This document shows positions 20,871-32,001 of a DNA stretch of 64,000 nt, piece by piece. Numbering within the stretch: the stretch's first letter is position 1; every line of letters starts with the position of its first letter. The notes under the pieces were generated by a model, which was not told where the DNA came from, did no database searches, and was given only the letters and a program-made list of their open reading frames with translations. The stretch is from Endomicrobiales bacterium (GTDB lineage: Bacteria > Elusimicrobiota > Endomicrobiia > Endomicrobiales > CAWCFT01): positions 32,001-96,000 of the forward strand of contig CAWCFT010000011.1 in NCBI GenBank assembly GCA_963794945.1, written 5' to 3'. Position numbers and translations under genes: made by a program.

Positions 20871-21966
20871 TTATTGTTTTCCTCTTTGATATATTTAAAA
20901 GTATCCCCGCGCCAGCCATATTAAATACGAGCGCAGTGCCTCCAAACGATATAAAAGGAAGAGGCAGGCCCTTTGTAGGCACCAAACCGCAGGCCACCGA
21001 CATGTTCACCAGCGCCTGGAAGGCTACCAGCAGAGTTATGCCAAGGGCAAGAAGGCTTCCGAAATAGTCCGTGCTTTGACGGCTGATCTTCCAGCCGCGC
21101 CATGAGTAGATAAGAAAAAGGCATATAACGAATATTGTTCCTATATATCCCAGCTCTTCCCCGATGATAGGGAAAATAAAGTCCGTGTGGGGTTCGGGCA
21201 GGAAAAGCAGCTTCATCTGGCTCTGCGCCAGGCCTTTTCCCATGAACCCACCCGCGCCAAGGGCCAGCATAGACTGGTTGAGCTGATAGGAAATAGAATT
21301 AATGTCTCCCCATGACGCTATGAAATCCTTTACCCTGTGAAGCCTGTAAGGTTTGCGGAATACCTCTTCTACAACAAGCCCGAGAAAACCGGCAACAATC
21401 ATAAACAGGTTTTTAAGGTTAGCCCCGGAAATGAATATGAGGCTCAGGCCTACAGAAGAAATGATTATCGGAGTTCCGAGGTCCGGCTCAAGCGCTATAA
21501 GCCCGCAAATGAAACCTATCACGAAAAGGGGCGGCACGAGCCCGCCCCAGCTTTTTAACCTGCTTTTTTTCCTGTCGAGATAGTCCGCGAGGACCACTAT
21601 CACTGCGAGCTTAGCGAATTCTGAAGGCTGAAAGTTAGCCGGCCCAAAAGTTATCCAGCGTTTGGCTCCGCCCTTAGCGTGCCCGATGACAACAACCAGC
21701 ACCAGGAAAAATATACTTGCCATCAAAATAGGTTTGGCCAGCTTCTGCAGTTTCCTGTAGTTATAGTTCGACATGAAATACATAGCAGCCGCGCCTACTG
21801 CCACCCATACGATGTGTTTAGTGACAAAAAGGTAAGGCGTTTTCCAGCGGGCGTCAGCCATGATCACGCTTGACGAGAACACCATGATAGTGCCGAAAAC
21901 CACCAGCACGGCCGTCGTGAGCAAAAGAGGGTAATCTATATAGCCCTGGACTTCCTTTTTTTTCAC
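20863..21966 (-). CDS. ftsW: SEDS protein FtsW
   Basis: 'FQPSEFAK', 'PEPHTDFIF', 'PTKGLPLPFISFGG'. Confidence 0.95.
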   Translation of the reverse strand: MKKKEVQGYIDYPLLLTTAVLVVFGTIMVFSSSVIMADARWKTPYLFVTKHIVWVAVGAAAMYFMSNYNYRKLQKLAKPILMASIFFLVLVVVIGHAKGGAKRWITFGPANFQPSEFAKLAVIVVLADYLDRKKSRLKSWGGLVPPLFVIGFICGLIALEPDLGTPIIISSVGLSLIFISGANLKNLFMIVAGFLGLVVEEVFRKPYRLHRVKDFIASWGDINSISYQLNQSMLALGAGGFMGKGLAQSQMKLLFLPEPHTDFIFPIIGEELGYIGTIFVICLFLIYSWRGWKISRQSTDYFGSLLALGITLLVAFQALVNMSVACGLVPTKGLPLPFISFGGTALVFNMAGAGILLNISKRKTINA

Positions 21967-23313
21967 TTAAGTTCCCTGACAAATGCCTTGAATTTTCTTC
22001 CTCTGTCTTCGTAGTCCTTGAACTGATCGAACGATGCACAGGCGGGCGAGAACAGCACAACGTCTTCAGGTTTGGCGAGCTCAGCCGACCTCTTGACCGC
22101 GTTTGAAAGTGTAAGACAATCATAGAAAGGTACCGTTCCAGCCAACCCCTTTTTGATCTTTTGAGCGGCTTCGCCGATGAGCAGTATACCTTTTACTTTG
22201 TTATTTATGAGTTTTTTAAGCGGCGTATATGGGGCTCCCTTATCCAGTCCTCCAAGTATTAGCCAGATATTCTTGTCGAACGATTCCAAGGCAACCCTGG
22301 TAGAATCAACGTTGGTGGCTTTTGAATCGTTAAAATATTTCACCCCTCCGTGTGTTCCGCAATACTCTATGCGGTGCTCAACCCCGCGAAATCCGTTGAG
22401 TACTTTAGCTATCACTTTTGGTTTCACACCCGCCGCGGCGCTTATAGCCGCTGCCGCAAGAGCGTTCTCTATGTTATGAAGCCCGGGGATCTTGAGCGCG
22501 ATATCAATCTTGAACTTATTTTTGCCAAAAGAAGATATTATCTTCCCTGAAGAATAATATATTCCGCACTTCAGTTTCTTTTTCCTGCTGAAATAAAATA
22601 CTTTTGAGGGGCAGTCTACCGCGAGTTTCCGCAGTATGGCGTCATCATAATTTAGCACGCAGAACATCTTCGGGCCTTTGGTTCTGAAATATCATACTTT
22701 TTGCCACGATATAGTTTTTCATTGTGTGATGGTGTTCAAGGTGGTCGGGGGTTATGTTAAGGATGGCGGATATGTCCGGCCTGAAACTCGGAGAATCTTC
22801 TAGCTGATAGCTTGAAACTTCCAGAACAATGTTGGTCTTAGGGCCGATCGTGCCCGCCGCCGCCGCGAGCGGGGTGCCTATATTCCCTGCAACAACAGTT
22901 TTCATTTTCGCGGCTTTGAATATCTCTCCTACAAGTGTGGTTGTAGTGGTTTTTCCGTTTGTCCCGGTGATAGCTGTAAGTTTAGCACAGTCTATTAATT
23001 TGTACGCAAACTCGATTTCACCGATAACCGGGATATTCCTGGATTTAGCTTTCTTTATCACCGGAATATCGGAATGGACTCCGGGGCTTTTGATGAGTAC
23101 ATCGGCCCTCGAAAGCCTATCTGAATGTCCGCCGAACTCGACTGCTATGCCCTTGTCGAGCAATTTGAGGTTTTTGCCGGCATTCTTTCTTGGAAGAGTC
23201 TCGCTGACAAGCACGCGGGCTCCCAGCCTGTTTGCAAGGTTGGCGGCGGCAGCGCCCGAACGGGCGAGCCCGATCACGCCGACCTTTTTTCCTGACAATA
23301 TCTTTTTGTTCAT
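21963..23313 (-). CDS. murD: MurD, +1 frameshift near 22665
   Basis: '[10 protein letters not shown]', 'EVSSYQL', 'NDSKATN', 'SPACASFDQF'. Confidence 0.95.
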
Positions 23314-24395
23314 CTTAGTTTAAGTGAAGAAAGGGCAATGAGGGCGAGGATTATGCCGATTATCCAGAACCTGACAGTTACTTTTGGTTCGGCCCAGTTG
23401 CAAAGCTCGAAGTGGTGATGGATCGGGGCCATCTTGAATATCCGTTTTCCAAAACGGCGGAAAGAATATACCTGAAGAATGACCAAAACGGTTTCCATAA
23501 CGAACACGCCGCCTATTATTAAGAGTATAATTTCCTGTTTAATGAACACAGCTACCAGGCCAAGCGCTCCCCCAAGAAAAAGGCTGCCAGTGTCTCCCAT
23601 GAACACCTGTGCCGGATAAGAATTGAACCATAAAAACCCAAGCCCCGAACCCACCAGCGCGGCAAGGAATACGCTGAGCTCTCCGGACCCTGAAACAGGT
23701 ATTACCCTCAGATAATGCGCTATTTTGATATTACCGGAAAAATAGGCAAAAAGGCTCAAAGTCATGGCCGCGATTATAAGGTTGCCTATCGCCAGGCCGT
23801 CAAGACCGTCGGTAAGGTTTACACCGTTCGAACTGCCGACTATTACGATCATCACAAATAGCATATAACCGAGGTTGAGATCGATAAAAACATCTTTTAA
23901 GAACGGTATGTTTATTTTTGAAGCGTATTCGGAGCTCGAAGGATTTAGCCACAGATATACAGCCACAGTGAGAGCGAGCGCGCACTGCCCTAGAAATTTC
24001 TTTTGAGACTGCAGGCCCTTCGGATTTTTCTTCACAAGTTTCAGATAATCATCCAAAAATCCTAAAAGCCCGAGCCATACCATGCTTGCGATCATTATCA
24101 GGATAAATCTGTTATCGAGCCTAGCCCAGAGAAGTGTGGAGATCAAAAGTGAAATAAGAATAAGCAAGCCGCCCATAGTCGGCGTCCCGGATTTTGCCAG
24201 GTGCGTCGGAGGGCCGTCAGTGCGTATTGTCTGCCCGATCTTCAAGTTCTTCAGGTACGCGATAAGGGCCGGCCCAAGAAGAAAGCTGATCACAAGGCTG
24301 GTAAGTATCGCACCCGCCGAACGAAAGGTGATATACTGGAACAAATTAAGCGGAGAGAACACCTCTCTGAGCGGATAAAATATGTGATAAAACAT
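23310..24395 (-). CDS. mraY: Phospho-MurNAc-pentapeptide translocase
   Basis: 'TPTMGG', 'NLTDGLDGLA', 'FMGDTGSL', 'MAPIHHHFE'. Confidence 0.97.
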   Translation of the reverse strand: MFYHIFYPLREVFSPLNLFQYITFRSAGAILTSLVISFLLGPALIAYLKNLKIGQTIRTDGPPTHLAKSGTPTMGGLLILISLLISTLLWARLDNRFILIMIASMVWLGLLGFLDDYLKLVKKNPKGLQSQKKFLGQCALALTVAVYLWLNPSSSEYASKINIPFLKDVFIDLNLGYMLFVMIVIVGSSNGVNLTDGLDGLAIGNLIIAAMTLSLFAYFSGNIKIAHYLRVIPVSGSGELSVFLAALVGSGLGFLWFNSYPAQVFMGDTGSLFLGGALGLVAVFIKQEIILLIIGGVFVMETVLVILQVYSFRRFGKRIFKMAPIHHHFELCNWAEPKVTVRFWIIGIILALIALSSLKLR

Positions 24396-25791
24396 TACAT
24401 GACCTCTTCCCTGGAAATTATCGACTCAACTACTTCCTCAAGCCCCACACCGCGCGACCCTTTGAACAATATAACGCTGTCTGAATTTATGTGTTTTCTT
24501 ATCTCCGCTATCATCTCGTCCTTCCTGGTAAAATATTTTGTCGACGCTTCGGGGTCATTTAGAACCGAGAAAGCGTTACTCATTTGTTCTCCGTAAAGTA
24601 TCGTGCGGGATATCGGCAGAGCGCTTATGAACTCACCAAGTTTTCTGTGTTCCTGCGCGGAGATATCGCCAAGCTCAAGCATGTCGCCCAGCACAAGCAC
24701 TTTTTCCCTGTCCTGGAAAGAATCCACCACACTCTTGATGGACTCTCTCATGGAAGTAGGATTCGCATTATACGAATCGTTGATCAGAATTGCCCCCGAG
24801 ACAAGCCTATGTTTCTCCATTCTCCATTTTGGGCTTGAAAAATTCACAAGCCCTTTTACTATAGTATCTGCATCTATACCAAGCTTTACAGGCCAGCCGA
24901 AGCAGCCAGAGCGTTGTAGATGTTGAACTTTCCGTAAACAGGGAGCCTTACATGAACATGCTTGCCTGCGATATCGGCTTCGAAACTCGGCAGGTCCGGC
25001 CACAATCTCACGTTCACTGCCCTGAGCATGGCTTTTTCCGTGAAGCCGTATGTTATGCATTCTCTGTTTGTTTCGTATCCTGCAAAATACGGGTCATCTA
25101 TGTTCACTATGGCCGTGCCGTTGGCTGGGAGATTTTCTATAAGCACCCTTTTTTCCTGAAAAACACCATCCGTATTCTTGAAATTCTCAAGATGGGTCGC
25201 CCCAATGTTCGTTACAATCCCGATATCGGGCGCGGTGATCTCTGAAAGCCTCGCTATCTCGCCCGGCCAGGAAGTGCCAAGCTCTATGACCGCGTAAGAA
25301 TGTTTCGAAGCGAGGTTTAACAGGGTCAATGGCACACCTACCTGATTGTTGAAGTTGCCCTTGTTGCACAGAGTCTCACCGGCAAGGCTCAGGATGGAAA
25401 AGAGCATCTCTTTGGTTGTGGTTTTGCCGTTGGAACCAGTTATTGCAACAACGGGTATTTTCCATTTCCTGCGGTACGCAGCAGCGATGTCTCCCAGGGC
25501 CTTTAACGTGTCGCTCACTTTTACTATTGAGGGAAATGTTGGGAAGGCTGGTATGGATTTATCGAGATCAATGACCTTAAGTGACATGATAAGCCCGCCG
25601 GCTTTCTTGTCAATTGCCTGCTTTACAAAATTATTGCCGTCGTAATTCTTTCCCTGGAGAGCCAGAAAATAATCCCCTTTGGCCAGCGTTCGGGTATCTA
25701 TCGAGATATTGTTTACCGGGGCGTGAGGATCCCCTGAGAGAAACTCGCCTTTGGTGGAGTTAATTATATCGTGCAAAAAGAATTTTTCCAT
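24395..25791 (-). CDS. murF: MurF, frameshift near 24888
   Basis: 'ITGSNGKTTTKE', 'NFNNQVGVPLT', 'INDSYNANP', 'GDMLELG', 'KGSRG'. Confidence 0.94.
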
Positions 25792-25813
25792 AATTGCCTA
25801 GATGAAGCGTGAG

Positions 25814-27294
25814 CTACTTTTCTATTGCGAGGCCGGCCAGGATGTATTTTCTTGCTATCTCGCCATCATTGAAATGGATTTTATTTTCTCCTATTATCTG
25901 GTAGTTCTCATGGCCCTTGCCCGCTATAAGCACGATGTCGCCTTTTTGCGCCATACTGACAGGCAGCAATGGCCTGTTCCCTGTCAAGTATCACCTGGTA
26001 GTTGTTCCTGTGCTGCCTTCTTATGCCGACTTCTATATCCAGAGCGATGCGCTCCGGATCTTCGCTTCTTGGGTTATCTGAAGTAACAAAAACAAAATCG
26101 CTCATTTCTGAGGCTATTTCCCCCATTATTGGCCTTTTAGAACGGTCCCTGTCGCCGCCGCATCCAAAAACGGTAATAAGGCTCAGGGTTAAGTTCCTTA
26201 AGTGCGCCTAAAACGTTCTTTAACGCGTCATCCGTATGTGCATAATCTACCACAACGGTGAAATGCTGGCCCGCTTCGATCTTTTCTAGCCTGCCAGGAA
26301 CCGGAGCCGCGTTCTCCAAACCGCTTACTATGCCTTCGATTGATATCCCGGACGCAAGCGCCGCTCCCGCCGCCGCCAAAGCGTTGTAAACATTGTATAG
26401 CCCGAGTTGTGGAAGATGAACTTTGCGGTGTCCGGCAGGCGTTACAAGTATAAAGTCAGTGCTCTTGCTAGTGCTTTTTATATTCAGGGCGCGTACCGCC
26501 GCTTTCTCGCCCAATCCGTATGAAACTACAGTAGAGGACAGCCCCGTGTCCGCGAGCTTAGCGCCCCATGGATCATCAATATTGATTATAGCAAATTTGG
26601 GATTGCCTTTTTCCCCAGGCTTAAGGTCTATGAACAACTTTGTTTTAGCCGAAAAATACTCTTCCATTGTTTTGTGAAAATCCAAGTGGTCTCGCGTGAG
26701 GTTTGTGAATATTGCGGTATCGAATTCGATCCCTGACACGCGACCGAGCGCAAGGGCATGCGAAGACACTTCCATGACTACGGCCTTGCCGCGTTCTTCT
26801 AATACCTCTGCAAAGAACTTGAAAATATCGCTAGCCTGAGGAGTCGTGTTAGGCGCCGGATAAGACTTCTTACCGAACCTGTAGTTAACGGTACCTATGA
26901 CACCGATGGGAATATTGTGCTCGGTAAATATAGATTCCAGCAGATATGTTATGGTCGTCTTGCCATTAGTACCGGTTACACCTATAATGTGAAGTTTCTT
27001 GTCAGGGTGCTCGTAAAAATTGGCGCTCATTTTAGCAAGCGCTTCCAGCGTATTGTTAACCACTATTACGGTCTTGCTTCCGACCTGTACCGCTTCATTT
27101 GCGACCACAGCGGCGGCGCCCGCTTTTACCGCATCCGCTATAAACTCTCTGCCGTCAGAGTGGTATCCCGGAAGGGCTACGAATATATAACCCTGTTCGA
27201 CCTTGCGTGAATCATATTCTATACCCTTGACCTCAACATCGCAAGGCCCGTGTATACTGCACTGAATACCTGACGTAACATTAGTTAGTTTCAT
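25814..27294 (-). CDS. murE: MurE, at least two frameshifts (about 26180 and 25960)
   Basis: '[10 protein letters not shown]', 'EVSSH', 'VDYAHT', 'TSDNPR' (mDAP-type), 'AGKGHENYQ', TAG at 25814. Confidence 0.93.
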
Positions 27295-27301
27295 GGTTTT
27301 A

Positions 27302-29011
27302 TCACTTTTTCGAATATTCTTTTATGTCACAAAGATTTATAGGTTCTCTATCGGGCGATATTTGAAGGTAATGCACCACACGTGAAGCTATTTTGGAGAA
27401 TACGGGCGCGGTGCGGGAAGCCGCGTAATAATCCCCCTGGGGCTCGTCGAGTATTACCAGTATCGTGAGCTTTGGATTAGACATTGGTATCGCACCGCAA
27501 AACGAGGCGACATACTTAGAGGTCGAGTATTTGCCGGTCACGGGGTCGCGTTTTTGTGCGGTGCCGGTCTTTCCGCCAACTGAATAACCAGGGACCTTAG
27601 CCAGCTGCCCTGTGCCTTTCTCAACCACGGACACAAGAATATTCCTTAAAACCGCGGCAGTTTGAGGAGTCACGGCTTTTCTTATAACGCTTCTCTGCGA
27701 AGTATATAAAGTTTCACCCTCTGGATTTTTTATTTCTTTTACTATTTTAGGCTCAAGGAGACACCCGCCGTTGATCACTGAAGAATATGCGTTTATAACC
27801 TGGATTGCCGTAGTTCCTACCTCTTGGCCAAACGAAATTATCGGAAGCGATAGCCCGCTCCATTTTTCCGGAGGGCGGAGGAGGCCCCTGGCCTCTCCCG
27901 GCAGGTCTACCCCCGTAAGGCTCGCGAAACCGAACTGCCTGATGTAGCCGAATAGTTTGTCCTTGCCAAGCCGCTGGCCGACCTTCGCCATGCCAATATT
28001 CGATGAGTATTCCATAATACCCTCTAGGTTCAGGAAACCCTTTTTCTCGTGATCTTTTATTACGTGGTCATAAACCGTGTACTGCCCGTCCTCGCACCAT
28101 ATGTTCTCGGTCGTGTTGACTGCTTTTTCCTCCAGAGCGGCCGCCGCAGTTATCAGTTTGAAAGTTGAACCTGGCTCAAGGATGTCGCAGACGGCTGGGT
28201 TTTTAAGACAATTCGTCATAGCCGCGTAATCAGCCGGGTCGAATGCCGGCCTGGATGCCACGGCTAGCAGTTCACCAGTGTTTGGGTCCTGTATAATGAC
28301 CACGGCTTTCTTTGCCTTGCACTCGAGCCATGCTTTTTCTATTTCCTGTTCCGCTATGAATTGAATATTTCTGTCTATCGTGAGATATACGTCCGCACCT
28401 CTAAAATTATCCACATCGACTAGTTTGTCGGACAGCTCACGGCCCCTGCCATCCCTGTATTTTACTGATTTTACTTTTTTGCCGGTGAGATAGTCGTTAT
28501 ATAGAAGCTCGACACCCTCAAGCCCTTTACCGTCTTTGCCGACGACACCCAGGACATGGCATGCCATTTTACCTTCAGGGTAATCTCTCTGAAGTCCCTG
28601 AACGAACCCGACACCGGAAAGCCCCATGGACTTGATCTCCTGCATTTTTTCGGGACTCAGGTTTTCTTTGAGGGGAACGAACGAAGTCTTGGAAGCTAAT
28701 GAAGGCAGATTTTCCGGCAGGCTTATCTTTTCTTTCTTAAGCGTGCTTTTTAACCCGGCAAGATCGTCAACAGCTTTCGGGTCAACGAACATCGTGTAAG
28801 ATTTCACGCTCATCGCGAGTATCTTGCCGTTCTTATCAAGTATCATTCCGCGGCATGACATCTCGGGTTTTTCGCGGTGAGTGAGTTTTTCCACCTGCCT
28901 ATTGAGCTCATCGTGGCTCCATACCTGCAGGAAGAAAAGTTTCATCCCTACAGCGATAAAACTCAGGGCCAACCCGAGAAAAACGATGATTGTCCGTCCG
29001 TTTCTTATCAT
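27302..29011 (-). CDS. ftsI: Class B PBP (FtsI/PBP3)
   Basis: 'EPGSTFK', 'SSN', 'KTGTAQ'. Confidence 0.93.
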   Translation of the reverse strand: MIRNGRTIIVFLGLALSFIAVGMKLFFLQVWSHDELNRQVEKLTHREKPEMSCRGMILDKNGKILAMSVKSYTMFVDPKAVDDLAGLKSTLKKEKISLPENLPSLASKTSFVPLKENLSPEKMQEIKSMGLSGVGFVQGLQRDYPEGKMACHVLGVVGKDGKGLEGVELLYNDYLTGKKVKSVKYRDGRGRELSDKLVDVDNFRGADVYLTIDRNIQFIAEQEIEKAWLECKAKKAVVIIQDPNTGELLAVASRPAFDPADYAAMTNCLKNPAVCDILEPGSTFKLITAAAALEEKAVNTTENIWCEDGQYTVYDHVIKDHEKKGFLNLEGIMEYSSNIGMAKVGQRLGKDKLFGYIRQFGFASLTGVDLPGEARGLLRPPEKWSGLSLPIISFGQEVGTTAIQVINAYSSVINGGCLLEPKIVKEIKNPEGETLYTSQRSVIRKAVTPQTAAVLRNILVSVVEKGTGQLAKVPGYSVGGKTGTAQKRDPVTGKYSTSKYVASFCGAIPMSNPKLTILVILDEPQGDYYAASRTAPVFSKIASRVVHYLQISPDREPINLCDIKEYSKK

Positions 29012-29115
29012 CTTGAGATGTCGTCGCCTTACTTTAACGCTTTCTCAATAACCTGGAGACAATCTTAATAAATATTAGAGAATTCCAAAAAACATTCGTT
29101 AGCAGCATTATTATG

Positions 29116-29368
29116 TTATCCTTTCAAATATATTATCTTCTTTTCATCCGGCGTAACAAGCTTTTTTTCCTTTGCGACCATATCAAGCCTTTCCATAGAA
29201 AGCAGTCTGTTGATCTTAAGCCGCAGGGCTTTATTATCCTGCTCCCATGTTTCGCAATCTTTTCTGCAGTTATCGACCGAATACCCCAGCCTTATCGATT
29301 GTGTTCTGCTGCCAGACATAAAAAACCAGAACAAAAGCCACAACAGTAAGGAGCCCAAAATATTTCAT
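29116..29368 (-). CDS. ftsL: Cell division protein FtsL, +1 frameshift near 29305
   Basis: MKYFGLLTVVAFVLVFYVWQQ-[A]-TQSIRLGY...coiled coil...'ERLDMVAKEK'; lies between rsmH and ftsI. Confidence 0.8.
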
Positions 29369-29371
29369 GTC

Positions 29372-30352
29372 TTATATCCTTTCGGCACAGCGCAGCTTCG
29401 CGCTTCTGCTTCTCGGGTTTACTTTTTCTTCTTCAGGGGATGCAAATATTACTTTTTTCGTGAGTATCTTCAAAAGCCCTTCCTGCGCTTTTTCCTTGAA
29501 TGATTGTTTTATCATTCGGTCTTCGAGCGAGTGGTAGCTCAGCGTCACTATCCTGCCTTCCTTTGAAAGTGCCTGAGGCATGGAAGACAGCACGCTTTGT
29601 AGGTTTTCAAGCTCACCGTTCACAGCGATCCTTAGCGCCTGGAACACTAGCGTTGCGGGATTGATCCGGCCGTGAGCCTTTTTAACACTTCCCACGATAT
29701 CTGTAAGTCGCAATGCCGATGCAACTCTCGCTTTCGCCCGTTCAACAACTATCGCTCTAGCAATCTGCCTGGACATCCTTTCTTCGCCGTATTCGAAGAA
29801 TATTCCGGCAAGCTCTTCTTCAGTCCACGTATTAACTATTTCCTGCGCCGATGTGCCGCCCGACCGGTCCATGCGCATATCGAGCGTCTGCGACTTAAAG
29901 CTGAATCCTCTTCCGGTTTCGTCAACCTGATGCGAAGAGATTCCGAGGTCGAGCAGAAAACCAGCGGCTCCGCCGGAAAATGCTTTCATCATAGACTGGG
30001 GCACTTCTTGAATAAAAGTAAAATTAATAGTTCCTGCTTCGGTCCCAGCTAGCGGGTGCCGATGAGGCATTTCTGCAACGGAGCCTGTCTGGTTACCAAA
30101 CAACGAGCTAATATCTTTAAAATTACCTTTTATTATACTGACCCTATCACCAAACCGCGCGAGCTTTTCCGAAGCTGTCTTAATAGCGTCTTCATCCCTG
30201 TCTATACCTATTATCTTTATATTCTCATGGTGTTCCAGCAGGTACTCGCTGTGTCCCCCGCCGCCCAGTGTACAGTCAACATAAACGCCGTTTTCATCGT
30301 TGACAAGAAACTCATCGACTTCTTTCGGCATCACAGGCAAATGGTATGTCAT
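29372..30352 (-). CDS. rsmH: 16S rRNA m4C1402 methyltransferase with a ~40-aa insert
   Basis: 'HLPVM', 'DCTLGGGGH', 'DLGISS', 'FQALRIAVN', 'NPRSRSAKLR'. Confidence 0.96.
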   Translation of the reverse strand: MTYHLPVMPKEVDEFLVNDENGVYVDCTLGGGGHSEYLLEHHENIKIIGIDRDEDAIKTASEKLARFGDRVSIIKGNFKDISSLFGNQTGSVAEMPHRHPLAGTEAGTINFTFIQEVPQSMMKAFSGGAAGFLLDLGISSHQVDETGRGFSFKSQTLDMRMDRSGGTSAQEIVNTWTEEELAGIFFEYGEERMSRQIARAIVVERAKARVASALRLTDIVGSVKKAHGRINPATLVFQALRIAVNGELENLQSVLSSMPQALSKEGRIVTLSYHSLEDRMIKQSFKEKAQEGLLKILTKKVIFASPEEEKVNPRSRSAKLRCAERI

Positions 30353-30774
30353 ATTTCAAGTTTACCCGCCAAGGTTTTGAAAGACAGATCGGCGTGAGCT
30401 TTGTAATATTTTTTCCAACTGCCATGATCCCACACTTCAAGCCTGTTACCGACGCCTATAATTATGATCTCTGAGTTTATCGCCGCGTAGCCTTTTAAGG
30501 CCTGAGGTATGATAATCCTCCCTTGGAAATCAGGAGTTATCTCGTGAGCGCCGGAAAGCAGTGCCCGTTTAAAAGCTCTCTCTTGAAGTTTATTCTTAAG
30601 CGAAAGATTATCGAGCTTCTCCAGTACTTTTTCCCACACGGAAATATCGTAGAGATAGAGACAGCTCTCCAGCCCTCTGGTTATTATGAATTTTTTATTT
30701 TTTGCCCTGAATTTCGCGGGCAGGAATACACGGTTTTTAATATCAACCGTATGGACATATTGACCGATGTACAT
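30349..30774 (-). CDS. mraZ: Division/cell wall cluster repressor MraZ
   Basis: 'DIKNRVFLP', 'DFQGRIIIP', 'IGVGNRLEVW'. Confidence 0.95.
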   Translation of the reverse strand: MYIGQYVHTVDIKNRVFLPAKFRAKNKKFIITRGLESCLYLYDISVWEKVLEKLDNLSLKNKLQERAFKRALLSGAHEITPDFQGRIIIPQALKGYAAINSEIIIIGVGNRLEVWDHGSWKKYYKAHADLSFKTLAGKLEI

Positions 30775-30844
30775 CTTTGCCGCCTCTGTTAGTTTACCTC
30801 AAGTTGCACCCAGCAGTTTCTATGTGGCAATTGGGACTTCAAAC

Positions 30845-30905
30845 TACTTTCCACCACTATCCACCACCGCACTAAAAGTATACTTATTTGCCCTATATTT
30901 GTCAA
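30845..30905 (-). promoter_or_regulatory. dcw promoter followed by GTGG-repeat MraZ-type boxes
   Basis: TTGACA-N17-TATACT (30877-30905), then GTGGTGGATA-GTGGTGGAAA 10-bp repeats. Confidence 0.75.
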
Positions 30906-31060
30906 GCCTGATAAAAATATTTATTCACAATTTATGGTTGGGGATACTTTGGGGATAAGATGACAGTTAATCGACGATTATTGTTTTAGGTATAAGTGGG
31001 TTTGAAAAAGGCTGTGGATAAGGGCGCACAGAAATTAAGCGCCAGGTTGGTTATTTTGTT

Positions 31061-31420
31061 TTAGAAAAACATCATCTTTACGGAAGTAAGTAACAGTATG
31101 AAACCGAAGCCCCTCTTGAGTGTTTCTTCAGGGATATTTATTGAGACTTTTGCCCCGATCAACCCTCCAATCAAAAAACCGGCCGCCACAAGCACGGCAA
31201 CAGGGATATTTATAAATCCTTTTTTGTAATAGACCATCGCGGCAAGCAATCCCACAGGAGGTATCATTACGGCAAGTGATGTTCCCTGAGCCTGGTGCTG
31301 GCTTAACCCAAAAAGCAAAACAAGAGCCGGCACCATGATTATTCCTCCACCGATCCCGAGAAGCCCGCTTAGCACACCCGCGGCCGTACCGAGTAAAATG
31401 TACATAAGTAGTTGAATCAT
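31061..31420 (-). CDS. TauE/SafE (TSUP) family half-size membrane protein
   Basis: 'GLLGIGGGIIMVP', 'AQGTSL'; AAAGGAG RBS before ATG 31420. Confidence 0.85.
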   Translation of the reverse strand: MIQLLMYILLGTAAGVLSGLLGIGGGIIMVPALVLLFGLSQHQAQGTSLAVMIPPVGLLAAMVYYKKGFINIPVAVLVAAGFLIGGLIGAKVSINIPEETLKRGFGFILLLTSVKMMFF

Positions 31421-31527
31421 ATTATCTCCTTTCGCAGCAGTCAAAAATAAACGGAGCCCGATGCATAAATTCACTAAAATCCGTTTGCAGGCATTTCAGG
31501 GATTATACGCGGCGGACTCCGTAATGA

Positions 31528-31998
31528 TTTTAGATAACCTATACACCGAATTCTGTATCCCGCCGAGGCGGGACCAGGATCATTTCTCTGCCCCGTAAAT
31601 TACTTTACGGGATCAAGCGGCTTGCGATTCAAGCCCTTTCTTCGATCTTATCGAAGATCAGGCATCAGCCTTGCTTCCCAGTAAGGATTTAGCCGTTTCA
31701 CCCCCGGTATTACTGCCGGGGCTCGCCCCAATTAGCCGGGGTGGTCAGGGCTTTCGCCCAAAACCGTCTCTGTTCGCACCTCTCGCCGCTGCTCCGCAGC
31801 GGAAATCCCAATAAATCAATTTCTAAATCCTAACAGGATTAGCTACTTTTTAGGATATCGAAATTAGAAATTGGTGTTTCCGTTGCGAAGCAACGACTGA
31901 TGGGGATTACCCACTACCGTTTCCGCCTATGGCGGATGAAGTCCGGACTTTCCTCCCCCCGCCAAAAACACAGGGAGCGATCCTGCGGTTATCTAAAA
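31528..31998 (-). ncRNA. rnpB: RNase P RNA (type A)
   Basis: GAGGAAAGTCCGG; GGTGAAACGGC; ACAGAATTCGG; P1 TTAGATAACC/GGTTATCTAA. Confidence 0.93.
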
Positions 31999-32001
31999 GA
32001 A

